Of a DNA stretch of 64,000 bases, positions 1 to 13,067 are shown piece by piece. Positions within the stretch are counted from its first letter, which is position 1. Each line of letters starts with the position of its first letter. The notes under the pieces are model-generated. The model saw only the letters and a list, made by a program, of their open reading frames with translations, made no database searches and was not told the origin of the DNA. The stretch comes from Acanthaster planci (lineage: Eukaryota): contig NW_019091355.1 of the NCBI RefSeq assembly GCF_001949145.1, forward strand, positions 3,392,646 through 3,456,645, in the 5' to 3' direction. The translations under genes and the position numbers were made by a program.

Positions 1-2368
1 GTCATAGAAGCTTGGTCACATACAAGTATGTACATGAAGCCAAGTGTGGATTGGGGGGGGGGTTAACAAAGCAATGTCCCTCCCCCCAAAAAAAAATATT
101 TTGAAAAATAATGAAAGGGCAATTTTTGTCTTTTTTTCATTTCCCTTCCTTCAAAAAACAGTTGAAAAGCTTCGAAATGTAGCCTTATCCCTAAGACCGG
201 CCAGAAAAGATTACATGAAGACAAAAAATTCACACTTTTTGTCCCCTTCCCCCCCCCCCAAAAAAAACACCCCAAGTTTGGCCCCCCCTGTCTGGTTCTG
301 GATCTCCCCTAGCATGTACCCTACACAGTACATGAGCCAACTGTAGACTCATGCTTTCTGTACCATTCACAAGAAGTCATTATAAATGCATGCCTCATGC
401 ATAAAGCCACATTGTGTAAAAACTGCTTCAGCCGGCGATAAGAATGAAAGTCACTGCCCGCAAGGCATGGGCCCCATAAAAGGCTTTACAATCAGTGCTA
501 AAAATACCTCACGGCAACACAGAACCTCCAGGTGGTTCACAGAAATATCTTTACTTTTCCATGTCCTTATCAGACTCAAGCGCAGCCCAGATTCCATGTT
601 GCTGATGCATGTGTACGTACATGTACATGCAAGTTGTTTTGAAGGCACATACGCACTGTACATGTACCATGTGATTTATTAACACACAGAATTTAATCAG
701 GGGTGAAGGGTCAACGTGGGTATCACTTGTGTTCTATCAAACTTTAGTACATGAACATGTATCAGGTTCGGTACTTCAGTCCTATACAAAACAATCAGAT
801 CTACATGTCAGATCAGGATGTGAACCTAGCACTTCTGACTTGTTTGTGCTTATGCCGAGTGACGTCTTTTGCGGTTTGGGGCTTTTTTAATCTTAGTGCA
901 AAACAGTGATAGCATTCAGTACCAAAAGACAACACTGTAAATATGAAAGATTATATCTTTCTTGAACACAAATTTATCTGTTGAAAGCTTTGTTTACATA
1001 TACATTGAAATATTTAACAACAAAACCCTTCACGGGTGATGGAGAAACCAGGAAACATTAATCATGTTTCGCAAAATTTGTATTTCTGTAAAACCAAATT
1101 GTGTCTGTTTGCATAGTTACTTTTGTCTTATAAAGGTTTAACATTAAAACTTCCTATGAGTTTATTTTCCATCAAGGTGATTTTTATTTATATCATGTTT
1201 CACATCCGGACAGGCATGTTCCTTGCCAACTGTTTGTCAAACTTCCATGGCTTGACAGCCTTGCTTCATTCCACATCCGACACTAAATAAAATGGCTCAG
1301 AACAAAGTGTTGGTCATCCGCAAACAATCAAAAAGTACTAGAAAATTCTGCAAGTCAAAACCAGGGTTGTTGATTTTTCAATTTTTTAAATTTAAGTTAA
1401 AAAAAATTCGGATTTATTCATTTCAATCAGATTTTTTATTTCAATCGGATTTTGTTATTTCAATAAAATTGGAGACAAGCTGGCCCTACTATCTGTTTAA
1501 ATCAGCAATCCCTGGTCAAAGTCCAAGGAGGGGAAATTGGGTTTATCTTGGGATCCACTACACAGGTAGAAACTTCAATCCACAGGGAAAGTCTTTTACC
1601 CTGTGCGAGTACACGTGCGTTTTCCTAACTACACAGTTTTGGGTATCTCTCCGAGTACAATAGTTACCACAGGATTCCAACAAATTTGTATGCCTAAAAC
1701 TGTACTAGGACACGTACGTAAATGAACAATCTTTCTCTACACTACTAGGCTTCCAAAAGATTTTGTTTTGCCTTGCAAACAATATCTCAACTCCAACTGT
1801 ATTTACTTCCAATCTACAAGTGCAAGTACAGTACACACAATGCCTTACTCTTGTATTAAGAGCCTGTATGTGTACACATGTACTATTCTGTCCAGGAACT
1901 TTACAATTGGTCAAAATAATTATCTGAAGTTAAGGCCAGATAAGGTGACCTGATGTTGACCAGTGACCCTGATCTTTTATTACATTGCCTTGGGCTGGTG
2001 TTTTGGCATTCTTGTCCCACACAGAGGGTGTTTTTCATTCTGATAACCAAAGCCGACACTTCCATTTGATGAATAATTTAAAGGAAACTTCTGCCAAGCC
2101 GCTTCTTTTGCTATGGACCAATGCCTTTTTTTCTTCTTTTTTTTGGAATGACCAACTAATTACAACCTTGTACATGAACCTATTACTTTTGATTAAATGA
2201 ATCCAATTCTGACAGCTCAACAAACACAGGCAAAGAAAAATGCTGAGTGATGCATTTTTTTTCTAACGTTGACGTAAAATTAATCCAAACACAAGCAGCT
2301 ATAAAACTGAACAGAATCACACATGTACAGTTGCCAGTTTGTGAAACACATTTGGAGAATTTTTGTCT

Positions 2369-2678
2369 CTAAGGAAAGCATGTTTTCTCTGATTTTATCT
2401 GCTCATATAAATATGGAAGCATCCAAATCGAATGTAGTGTCATTGGTCTTTAGAGCTCAACTATAACAAGTTTCAAAGGGCTTTTTTCTGTTCATGCCAA
2501 GATGCGAATTCTGAATGTAGATTGTGTCATTAAGAGAAAATGAGAGAAACCCTTGCCCAGTATTCGCAGTGGATAAACCCTTGTGTATTCCAAACAATGG
2601 CTACATGCATTGCTGCCATATATTTATTTGAACAGATAAAATCAGAGAAAACATGTTTTCCTTAGAAGTGCTCTTTAA
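2369..2678. mobile_element. Non-autonomous DNA transposon remnant (MITE) with long terminal inverted repeats, possibly Kolobok-type
   Basis: About 45 bp of inverted repeat: ctaaggaaagcatgttttctctgattttatctgctcatataaata (from 2369) vs tatttatttgaacagataaaatcagagaaaacatgttttccttag (to 2665). The right end finishes ...gctctTTAA. The left terminus is eroded. Confidence 0.55.
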
Positions 2679-5302
2679 GTGTGTTATGTGCATTTCCTCC
2701 AGATATAAAATCTCAACTCTCTTTTCTGGAATTTGTAAACAAGGAAATGTCAAAAAGACCTGACATGGCATTCCTTATGAATTCAATTAAAGCTCTGCTC
2801 ACTCAAACTCTTCTCAACACACAGCTTCAATCCACGTGAATCTGATGAAGCAAGGAAGCTTCAATTCAATCCTGAATAAAACACCTTCAAGGATACCTGC
2901 AATTCATTTTCCTACACTCATTTTCACACATCCACATGCACGTCATTATACTTTTGCTTGATGTATGAAAACTGTTTGAAGTCCTTTAGGACTTTAATTG
3001 AAAAAAGTTCACTGAATTGTCCAAGCTTTTCCAGGTAAGTGAGGGTGCTGTTGCAGTGTGATGTAAATTGGTAAAGACACTGTTAACATTTTCATGTTCA
3101 AATTTCTTAAACCCAAATTTGTTCTGAAGTTGAAAACCTTTCTGAAAATAGGTAGCTCACTGCCTCAATGCCACATACATGTACTTACAAAAATACAATA
3201 AGCTGCCAAAGACATAAAATTTTTTTACACTAAAACATAGAAAATTCTGGCAGGTGGTTATTGTTGTTTTTTAAAGTCCAAGATGACATCATAGTTTTGC
3301 TCATGAATATACAGATTTACATTTGCATAAAAAATTAAAAGGCTCAAAAATATAGATCAAAATAGCGACACAAAAATTGAATAAGATGCAAATTGGCACA
3401 ACTGAGTAATTTCAAGGGTTGTAGTTAACTAGTTTGATTGCTTAGTACATTTAAGTACTTTTCATGACCAACCCTCAGAAACTAGTACCCACAACAGTTT
3501 TATTCTGAAACTTGGTTGAGGCTTGAAGTTACACACGACTCAATAGGAACTGGCTACGGCCACTACCATAGACTCGTGTGTAATACATGTATATGTATCT
3601 AGCCACAGCCAAGTACTTTAGACTTACGTGCACTCTATTCGAATTTGTGCATCTTTTAGAAATATGGTGTACATGTTCTTCCCAATTCACTGCAGGCCAA
3701 ACCCATGTTAGGCCAAACAAAGAAATAATCGTATTAATTTCCTATTACACCAACAAACAGGCATAGGTAGGTAAACTGTTTCCTTCTTTCATTCTTCACT
3801 TTTTTTTGAAGCCAAAACAATCGGGATGCATGATGGTCAATTAGCAAACTAACCTATGACCACAGCCACAAAATGCAAATACCAGTGGTGCATGCCACAC
3901 TTCCTACAAGACACACAGATTGATACACTTCTACGAAATTGAAACCAGCTGAATATGTACAACACATATTATGTACACCGGCAAAATATACACGTACTGT
4001 ACAGGTGTACGTGTACATGTTCAATAGTGAAGTGGGCTGACCCCCCGCGCATTCACACTGTGAACCTGTAAATCCCCAACTGAGGAAACCTGACATTTGG
4101 CAACTATTTTTGTCAGGAAAATGACAAGTACACATCCCGTTCCTTCAAAATGATGGGGTCACGGGGTCAAAAGCACATGAATTTTAATGACATATTGTGC
4201 AGTGTACAGTCCGTGTATGATCTATGGAATGCAATTATGCTAATCTGAGAAATCAAACATTTATGATAGAGACTGTGAGGATGCAGATGAGCCGCGACCA
4301 CTCCCTTGGGACCATTAATGTTTGACTAAAAACAAACACCCAGGCATCCGCTGTCTGGTGTGGGTCCCAAGAATACTGTACCAGCAGGAAACTATTCATC
4401 ACGCCCAAATTAACCAAGTCATGAATATCAAAACACATCTGTAATACAGAGCAGATAGAAGTCGCACCGTAGGTCCGTATCGAAGTGAAACCAACCCACT
4501 GAAATATTCACCAGTGTGTAAATTTCAGCCAGGCTGCTATTTTCAGCATTCTGAGTGGTCAGAACAAAGGACCTGTTTTTGTTATATTCTGCAACCTGCC
4601 CGCTGGGTTGAAGGAATTTGTGGGATTAAGCAAGGTATGTGAAACCCAATGAAAAGCATTTAAAAGAGGCTTCTAAGAGAATAAGAACCACTGATATGCA
4701 GAGATACTTCAAAAAAAACCAACATGTATCATCTCATTTCTTACTTGTTGCGTTCTTCTCTCGTTACCTTCGGTGAGACCTCACAGCACTTTCAAAAGGA
4801 TTATGTGAAACTCCACACCAAAATGCATTACTCTGGGGAGTGAAAGTGGGTGGGGCGACAGGGAAGGGTGTGAAAATTCTCCCAAACTGATAGCCAACCC
4901 CAGCTTTCCAACTTAGCTCTTCATTTTTCAATTCAGGAATCCTTGTTGACGAGACATCACAGAGCAGCCTTTATACATTCATTGTACCAAACAGTCTCTT
5001 TTATTACCTAGAGTACAAAGCCACCATTTATTACCTGGGTAATAAAAATCTACATGTAGCCCACTCATTTAATACCCCCATGCTGACATCCAGTTTTGGT
5101 GGATATAAATAGATTCACCCTGTATCTCTGACTACACCCGATAGAGAATTTTTTTTACACCATAGGTGCACGTACTGTACATGTAATAAGCATGAGTCAT
5201 ACCGGTGCCACAAATACAATCTATTATTTATCGTAATCAGTGTCTTTGTTTTTCGTCATGAGGAAAATAACAAAACAAACTTTTGTCAGTTTGTCAAGGT
5301 GA

Positions 5303-5476
5303 TCTTTATCTATAGTAAAGATTGCGGTAACACCATGTATTTATCTCTTCTTTGAGTGTGTGTGGTTCTGAGAAGAACCGGGGAATAACTCGACGTTTCG
5401 AACAGTGTACTCTGTCCGTCTTCAGGAGACTGCAGGATTCTAACTGGGAGTGGAGCTTATATGGTGTAGAGAGGGA
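5303..5476 (-). mobile_element. Short Penelope-like element (pseudo-LTR) fragment flanked by a 13-bp target site duplication
   Basis: Identical direct repeats tttgtcaaggtga at 5290-5302 and 5477-5489 flank a 174-bp insert. On the minus strand the insert has a TATA-like catataag followed by a hammerhead core (CTGAAGA...GAAACGTC), the usual layout of Penelope pLTRs. Confidence 0.7.
5389..5428 (-). ncRNA. Minimal type I hammerhead ribozyme (Penelope-associated)
   Basis: Minus strand reads CUC-CUGAAGA-C-GGACAG-AGUACA-CUGUUC-GAAA-CG-UC-GAG. Stem I is CUC/GAG, the core is CUGANGA, stem II is 6 bp, then GAAA, a vestigial palindromic stem III (ACGU) and a GUC cleavage triplet. Confidence 0.7.
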
Positions 5477-7467
5477 TTTGTCAAGGTGAATAAAAAACAC
5501 TGTTGTTGGCAGATTCGGTGTTTCAATCAAACTGCATTCTGCTATTTTAAGTGGTGTGTGCTTTAACACTGTAAGTATTCCAAAGTTTCTGGTTTTTAAC
5601 GCAGAATTGATAGTCACAACATATTAAACTACTGAAAACATATCCTGAAAGGGGGACTTTTAGTGGCCTGGGTTTACTGTTGAGGAGCCAAAACTCAGAG
5701 ATACCGTAAATGCTACTGTGTGTAACCCGAAACAGTTCAACATAATGCTATGTGGACTATTTGGGATATAAATGTTTATTGACACGAAAACAAAAAAATT
5801 GTTATGCATTTGGGTACCTACTGTGTATGAATCAGATTATACAGAGCACATACAAGAAATAATGCACTGAAACCTGAAATGATGGCTCAACTTTGTCCAA
5901 TATCGGGATAATCGGCTGATCTGCACAACACCTCGATCGCTCTGAGTCTGTGTGATTGGTCGATCCTGCATGAAATCTCCAACTCAACCAACCTTTTTTG
6001 AGAACAATCTTCAACAGCCGTGAAACAGAAAGGACAGGTGACTACCTGATGGGTGGAACTGCGGACAAGTCATGCAATAAGACGGACCAATCATGCAAAG
6101 ATCAAACAATCGCACCGATCATATGCCTTTATTTTACATGTCTAGCCTGATGCTGAAGTATTTTTCACTACTGGGGAGGAGCACACAGTGTGTGACGAAT
6201 CCATGAACGCAAACAATTAGCTGCTTATGGCTTCAGCTGCTGTACACAGCCACATGTTGTAACACAAAACACTAAGGCAGAGCCCTCAAGTGTTGCAAAG
6301 ACAAAGTTTGCATTTTACAGCGAGAAATACAGTAAAAACACTACATTATTAAAGACAAGAGTCACTATTTATGGCATTTGACTTGCTTTTCTTCAATGTT
6401 GGGACTGGTATACCTTGGCTTTTTAAATATATTACTTACATTTTTTCAGTTTACTTGGAAACCCAGCTCTGCGGCTCATGGCATGGCCACTGAGAAGTCG
6501 CGAAGCATGAACATAAACATGTACATGTAGGCCTGCGTTAGGCCAAGAGATGGGTTTCCAAATTCCAAGCTGGGACTGCTTACTCCAACTAGACACTACC
6601 GATTACTTGACGGCTGATGAGTAAAAGTGACAGGCATAAGCCTTTGTACACCCATATCTATATTAAATTCATGGAGTCCAGTTTGAAGGCACTCATAGAT
6701 TTGGCATTTTATTTTACAGCTCTTCCACGTATCATGTGTTGATCACCTGTCGGCTAAAGAAAAGCTGACTCAACACTCAGCTTAATGATTTGCACAGTCC
6801 CTGCCTATACAGAGGGATGCAACGCTTCGTGACATCAGCGAACTTCACAACCTGTCGCAGTAAAAACAAGGTAGGACCTCCTACGTGTTAATTACAAGTC
6901 AGAGCTGTTTTTGCCTCGCTGTGACCTCGCGTTGTGAAAGCCCTCGAATGAACACAAAATGCCCGTCCATATCTTCTTTGAACGCCCTCTCGTAGTAGAT
7001 TCAGATGTCATCTTGAAGAAGTAATGCTAATCTACATCCTCTAGTCATCTGGTCATAGTTAACTATACTCTGTAACTTTGGCCCACACAAAAATGAGTGG
7101 AAGTGTAACCTGGAAATTCAAATCTCCCTTCCACAGAAGAAAAAAGTAGAGGTGTCCTTAGCATGTCAATGTTGTTAAGCTTCAGGACTGTATGGGGTTT
7201 TGTCAAATACACAGGTGTCCAAGTCAGCGCAGACAGTGGCGAAATAACACACCAACAATTATTACTTAGGCCTAGAATATGGGTTTTCTGTGTGTACAAC
7301 TAGGCATACGGATCGGCTGTTGTGTAAGCATGGAGGAAGGGTGTAAGTGACAACGGTAGGAAAGCTACGACGGACCCGGTCGCAGGGCTACCCGTCATCA
7401 CACAGTCATGCACACACATTCGATTCACAAAAGAATATGAACACGGACTAAGCCCACAGATACTCAC

Positions 7468-7481
7468 AACAGAAAGCTCAT
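7468..7481 (-). CDS. MOB1: Probable first coding exon (M-S-F-L-F/L) of a gene continuing left of the window; resembles MOB kinase activator 1
   Basis: Minus strand gtcgaaaATGAGCTTTCTGTT|gtgagt has a good Kozak context, a strong donor and CpG-rich surroundings. As I recall, MOB1 genes start with a 14-nt phase-2 exon encoding MSFLF. I did not find exon 2 (..SKTFKPKK..) in 1-7400, so the identity rests on 14 nt only. Confidence 0.45.
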
Positions 7482-8301
7482 TTTCGACGCCACGGTGGCT
7501 GGTTATTGCTGTTCATCTACCCTGTGAGAAAACTACAACATATGTACGCAGTACCACGAGAAAACACAACAGACACAGTTNAAGAAATTCACAACGTAGC
7601 CGGGTCATTTACGCGTCACCACTCTGCACTGTAAGTTAGTAAGTCTGACTGTGCGTATATGCGCATGTGACACATACATGTACATGTACTGTAGATCTGC
7701 AGTGTACATGTACGAGCATTCGTGAAGCATACTGGGCATTATATCAATACGTGGGGTGGGAAAGTAGCGCCCTCTCTTCTGATTGTAATGACAATTAATT
7801 TTTTTTTTGAGAACGGTTATTTTGATGGACTAAATCTCTCTCTCAACACGGATAAACGTTTTCTGAAAAGACCATAGAGTTGAATATGAAAAACTGTTCA
7901 ACTGATAAAATCTAACTCCAAGGTAAAGACAGAAACCATAATAGATAGTTACTTGGGCAGGGGGTCCCTTGAGAAAAAAGGGACTTTTTATATGGTAAAG
8001 AATAAGGACGAGGCGAGAAAAGGCCCGCCCGTGAATTGATTCCTCTTTTCAGCGAAGATGTTGATTACCCTTTTTCAAACAGAAAGGAGTCACATATTCT
8101 GGCAAATGAGCAGAGAATTTTGCAGGACAAACCAAGACATATTGGTTGTTAAAGCACTAACAAATTCACAACGGGACCTGTGAGATATTAGCCGCTCGTC
8201 ACAATCACAGAGTCACAGCGCCCTCACATGATGATGGATATGGACATGCACGAGTTAAACCGAATTATGCCAGTCCAAAATATGTTTTAATATAATTAAA
8301 A

Positions 8302-8664
8302 ATAATAATAATTTATTCATTTATAAAGCACAAATTTCATATAGATGTTCAAATGCGCTGTAAAATGAAGACATTAAGCGTGGAGCAATGAATACATTTA
8401 AACATGGCTGAGCCGATGGCATACAAGGGCGCCTTGGGCAGCCGCCAAACGACCCACATTCACCAACATCAGAAAAGAAGAGACTTTAAGAAGCAATTAC
8501 AGTTTTAGAGGTGGGAGGAAAACCCCAGAACAATATTCTGGGAGAAACCCACGGAGTCAGGTAGGGACTGAAACCCAATCCACATATGGACCAGGCTGGG
8601 AATTGAACCCGGGACCACAGAGGTGGAAGGCGAAGAAAGAACTACCTTGCCAATTCGACCCCCC
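8302..8664 (-). mobile_element. tRNA-derived SINE with a V-SINE-like central domain (copy 1)
   Basis: Minus strand has an A-box-like TGGCAAGGTAG and a B-box GGTTCAATTCCC (8598-8609). The central CCGTGGGTTTCTCC...GGTTTTCCTCCCAC resembles the V-domain. The 3' tail is gctttataaatgaataaa(tta)n. Confidence 0.6.
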
Positions 8665-9981
8665 AAGAAAAGACTCCTCCTTATCAAGAAACGGAACGGT
8701 ATAGGGACAGTTTTACTTTTTCAAATTCCAAGATTTAGTTTTTGAGTTAGTGTTATCACGTTATCATCATGTGAGGGCACAGTTACCTTTGATGCTATAA
8801 TTAAGTAGGCCTTTGAACCTTCAGCTTTACTACACTACGATCTCTATGTCTAGCGTACTCTAGAAAAAAAACGTACGGGCGATGTCTTGCCGAGCGGCAT
8901 GACCAGCATTTCACCCTCAAATCACGCAACTTCCTAGCCTTTCGTCAAGGCGCGCGTGGCAAGCCGGATCATTCGCACTAGACTTGAATCATGGTTGAAT
9001 CAAGTCGGACTTATGTTGCTCTACCCCAGCCAGTCATCCCTTCAGCCTGTACGCACTACAGCGAAGGTCGTCGCGCTCGGCCAGGCAGGTCGCATAAGGC
9101 GCCCTCATTTGGATAACCTTTACTGTACAACATGGTCTGAAGTCCCTCTTGTCGGATAAGCCAATTGGACTCCCATTGGTGATATGTAGTTATTCATAAT
9201 TGCATATTTTATTTCATTTCATTTATTATTTCGCAGGTCAATACAATAAAATGACAAAGAGCGCCCCTGCCGGATTGCTAATAAGTTACCCTAATAACTA
9301 TCTGGTAGCCCTCCAGGCACATTTACAAAGCAACAAAACAGAAAGAAAAAAGATTTAAACACACAGAGACAAACAATTATANGTGTACATGTACGAGCAT
9401 TCGTGAAGCATACTGGGCATTATATCAATACGTGGGATGGGAAAGTAGCGCCCTCTCTTTTGATTGTAATGACAATTTTTTTTTTTTTTGAGAACGGTTA
9501 TTTTGATGGACTAAATCTCTCTCTCAACACGGATAAACGTTTTCTGAAAAGACCATAGAGTTGAATATGAAAAACTGTTAAATTGATAAAATCTAACTCC
9601 AAGGTAAAGACAGAAACCATAATAGATAGTTACTTGGGCAGGGGGTCCCTTGAGAAAAAAGGGACTTTTTATATGGTAAAGGATAAGGACGAGGCGAGAA
9701 AAGGCCCGCCCGTGAATTGATTCCTCTTTTCAGCGAAGATGTTGATTACCCTTTTTCAAACAAAAAGGAGTCACACATTCTGGCAAATAAGCAGAGAATT
9801 TTGCAGGACAAACCAAGACATATTGGTTGTTAAAGCACTAACAAATTCACAACGGGACCTGTGAGATATTAGCCGCTCGTCACAATGACAGAGTCACAGC
9901 GCCCTCACATGATGAGGGATATGGACGTGCACGAGTTAAACCGAATTATGCCAGTCCAAAATATGTTTTAATATAATTAAA

Positions 9982-10338
9982 AATAATAATAATTTATTCA
10001 TTCATAAAGCACAATTTCATATAGATATGTTCAAATGCGCTGTACAATGAAGACATTAAGCGTGGAACAATGAATACATTTAAACATGGTTGAGCCGATG
10101 GCATACAAGGGCGCCTTGGGCAGCCGCAAAACCGGCCCACATTCACCAACATCAGAAAAGAAGAGACTTTAAGAAGCAATTACAGTTTTAGAGGTGGGAG
10201 GAAAACCCCAGAACAATATTCTGGGAGAAACCCACGGAGTCAGGTAGGGACTGAAACCCAATCCACATGTGGACCGGGCCAGGAATTGAACCCGGGACCA
10301 CAGAGAAAGAAAGAACTACCTTGCCAACCCGACTCCCC
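9982..10338 (-). mobile_element. tRNA-derived SINE (copy 2, inside the duplicated block)
   Basis: Near-identical to 8302-8664, with a short deletion in the tRNA-like head. Confidence 0.55.
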
Positions 10339-13067
10339 AGGAAAAGACTGCTCCTTATCAAGAAAAGAAACGGTAAAGGGACAGTTTTACTTTTTCAAAT
10401 CCCAAGATTTAGTTTTTGAGTTAGCGTTATCACGTTATCATCATGTGAGGGCACAGTTACCTTTGCTGCTATAATTAAGTAGGCCTTTGAACCTGCCACC
10501 TTCAGCTTTACTACACTACGATCTCTATGTCTAGCGTACTCCAGAAAAAAAACGTACGGGCGATGTCTTGCCGAGCGGCATGGCCAGCATTTCACCCTCA
10601 AATCACGCAACTTCCTAGCCTTTCGTCAAGGCGCGCGTGGCAAGCCGGATCACTCGCACTAGACTTGAATCATGGTTGAATCAAGTCTACCCCAGTCAGT
10701 CATCCCTTCAGCCTGTACGCACTACAGCGAAGGTCGTCGCGCTCGGCCAGGCAGGTCGCATAAGGCGCCCTCATTTGGATAACCTTTACTGTACAACATG
10801 GTCTTAAGTCCCTCTTGTCGGATAAGCCAATTGGACCCCCATTGGTGATATGTAGTTATTCATAATTGCATATTTTATTTCATTTCATTTATTATTTCGC
10901 AGGTCAATACAATAAAATGACAAAAAGCGCTCCTGCCGGATTGCTAATAAGTTAACCTAATAACTATCTGGTAGCTCTCCAGGCGCATTTACAAAGCAAC
11001 AAAACAGAAAGATTAAAGCTTTAAACACACAGAGACAAACAATTATGNAAATAGAGTACAGGATAATAATCAAAAACATGCACTAGACACTCTGACGAAT
11101 AGGAAACAAGAAAAATTACAACATTATAAACACTCAACCCTAGAAAATAATCCAAAATCCATACAGAAACAGGACTCTCCCACACCCCCACCCAATGAGG
11201 AAATTCACTATGTTAGATTTAAAATAAATAACGTAAAAGGACTAAACCAAAAAAGGGACAGATTACAAAAATAGCGATGGGATACAGACAGTATAGAAAA
11301 AAATACATATAAACATGTACAGAAAAAAATTAAAGCATTAATTAACATTAAAAGAATACAAAATTAAAACACATAGAACCCACTGTTAATAAAACAATAA
11401 AGTTCTTTACGTGTTGCGCACACCTGGCACTAATCATATGAACGACATTTCTGGCTGTGACAAGTATACAGAATTCCCACCAATCAAAATAGTCAGGTTT
11501 GTAGACTTGGCAATTATCCGCACGACGTAAAAACATGTCCGGCAATGTGATTGGCTGCTACCACTTTTGGTAGATGAGCCATTAACATGATTAACTGGCT
11601 TGAGTTCGAGCGCCTTGTCTCGTATGTTCACGAACTACTCGATATTAGTTCCTTGTTTTGTCGGCCGCTCGAACGCTGGAACCATACAACCGGTTATCGT
11701 CGGTAAAGTTAGTGCTAGTGGCAAGCAGCATGCAATTGAATATGGCGGCGTCCGTGTACGTTGTTTGAGAGTTAATGTTTAGAAAACTGGGCTGAAATCT
11801 TTTCTATTTAAAAAGAAACATTCATGTCTGACTTTATGGGAACTAATTAATAGTGATTTTTCAAAACTTCCGATTGTCTCCGGCTAGCTTTGTAAGCCAT
11901 CTCGCTATTTTTTTTTTGGCAGCTGTTCAAAAATCAAAATCCCACGACTTTTTCTGTGTGTTCCTGTTAAACCCTGACGAGGAGGTGTGTGATCCTGTTC
12001 CGAGAATAGTGTTCTTGGGCCGTGTTCCTGCTGTTCGAGCGCGAGAACAAGGAACCCGCGTCAAGAATAGTCCGCCCGAACTTAACCACTGCGTACAAAG
12101 GGTTGGCAGATTCGAGCCCCATTCGCCAAGTCGGGATTTCTGAAATGAACTTATAATATTAACTGGACACAAGAGGGCGCGAAGCAAGTAACGGCGTGCG
12201 GTCTCGAACTTCGAAGCACAAGCGAAGACGTCACAGAGATCTAGACTTGAGTCAAGTCTACACTCGTACGGTCTTGGGATTCATCCATTACATTCCATCC
12301 ATTCATTCCGCGCAAGAGCGAAATCATGTGACTGTGTTTCAGCTAACCAGTATCAAGAACCAGCAAGAGGCGTGGTGTCATTCCCAGCGGCACGCCCTGG
12401 GGCTTGATCCTCCTCCCCCAAGAGTTTTTTGTCTGAAAAACAAAGATACACTCTAACGCCGAATGCCTGTTTACATCTCAGAAATCCCCAGATCCCTTGT
12501 TTGCGTATATACCTGCCACTTAACAGGGATTTGAGAAAGGCGATTTCTTTCGCCAGAAAATCTTTCTTATGCAACAATAAAGCAATTTTGATCGGATTAA
12601 AAGTCTCCGGTGGGGCGCTGTACTTACAGTACGATTGCAAGCGGTCTTTCACTGAGTTGTGTGACCACCAGCTGGCACGAGTTCATTCGCAAGCCACCGT
12701 GTGAGTAAGCTTTATTTTACAAATCCCTTATGGAAATTATCTTTGTATATTGACCGATGAGTGAATTAAATTCACATTTTCTGGTTCCCTGGAGGGTGAT
12801 TTATCATGAGAAAGATTTAATATGTCACAGTTATAGCGGCACGACTCACTTCAACTTGAATAAACAACAGTTCTTCCGGCTTATGTTGAAAAGCAAATGG
12901 CTTTTCGTGAAAGTACATCCAGTGTATGACTTTGAAAAAAAAAATTGTCTGCAGCTTTCACAACCAGCACTTTGTGGTAAAAGGCACTTTCCTCCGAAGT
13001 ATCTGCACACACTCTTGTTCCAACTCGCACAAACCACACACAACAGCAAGGCGTGGTTCCATTGAAA

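Larger units (their letters stand above)
7702..11047 (+). repeat. Tandem ~1.67-kb duplication (7702-9381 and 9383-11047), probably an uncollapsed allelic haplotype
   Basis: Both copies start gtgtacatgtacgagcattc and end acacagagacaaacaattat. They differ by scattered SNPs and small indels. Single N characters sit exactly at the junctions (9382, 11048). Confidence 0.85.

Noticed and set aside
8590..8664. tRNA gene
   Set aside because: It has a B-box but no cloverleaf, and it continues into a SINE body and tail.
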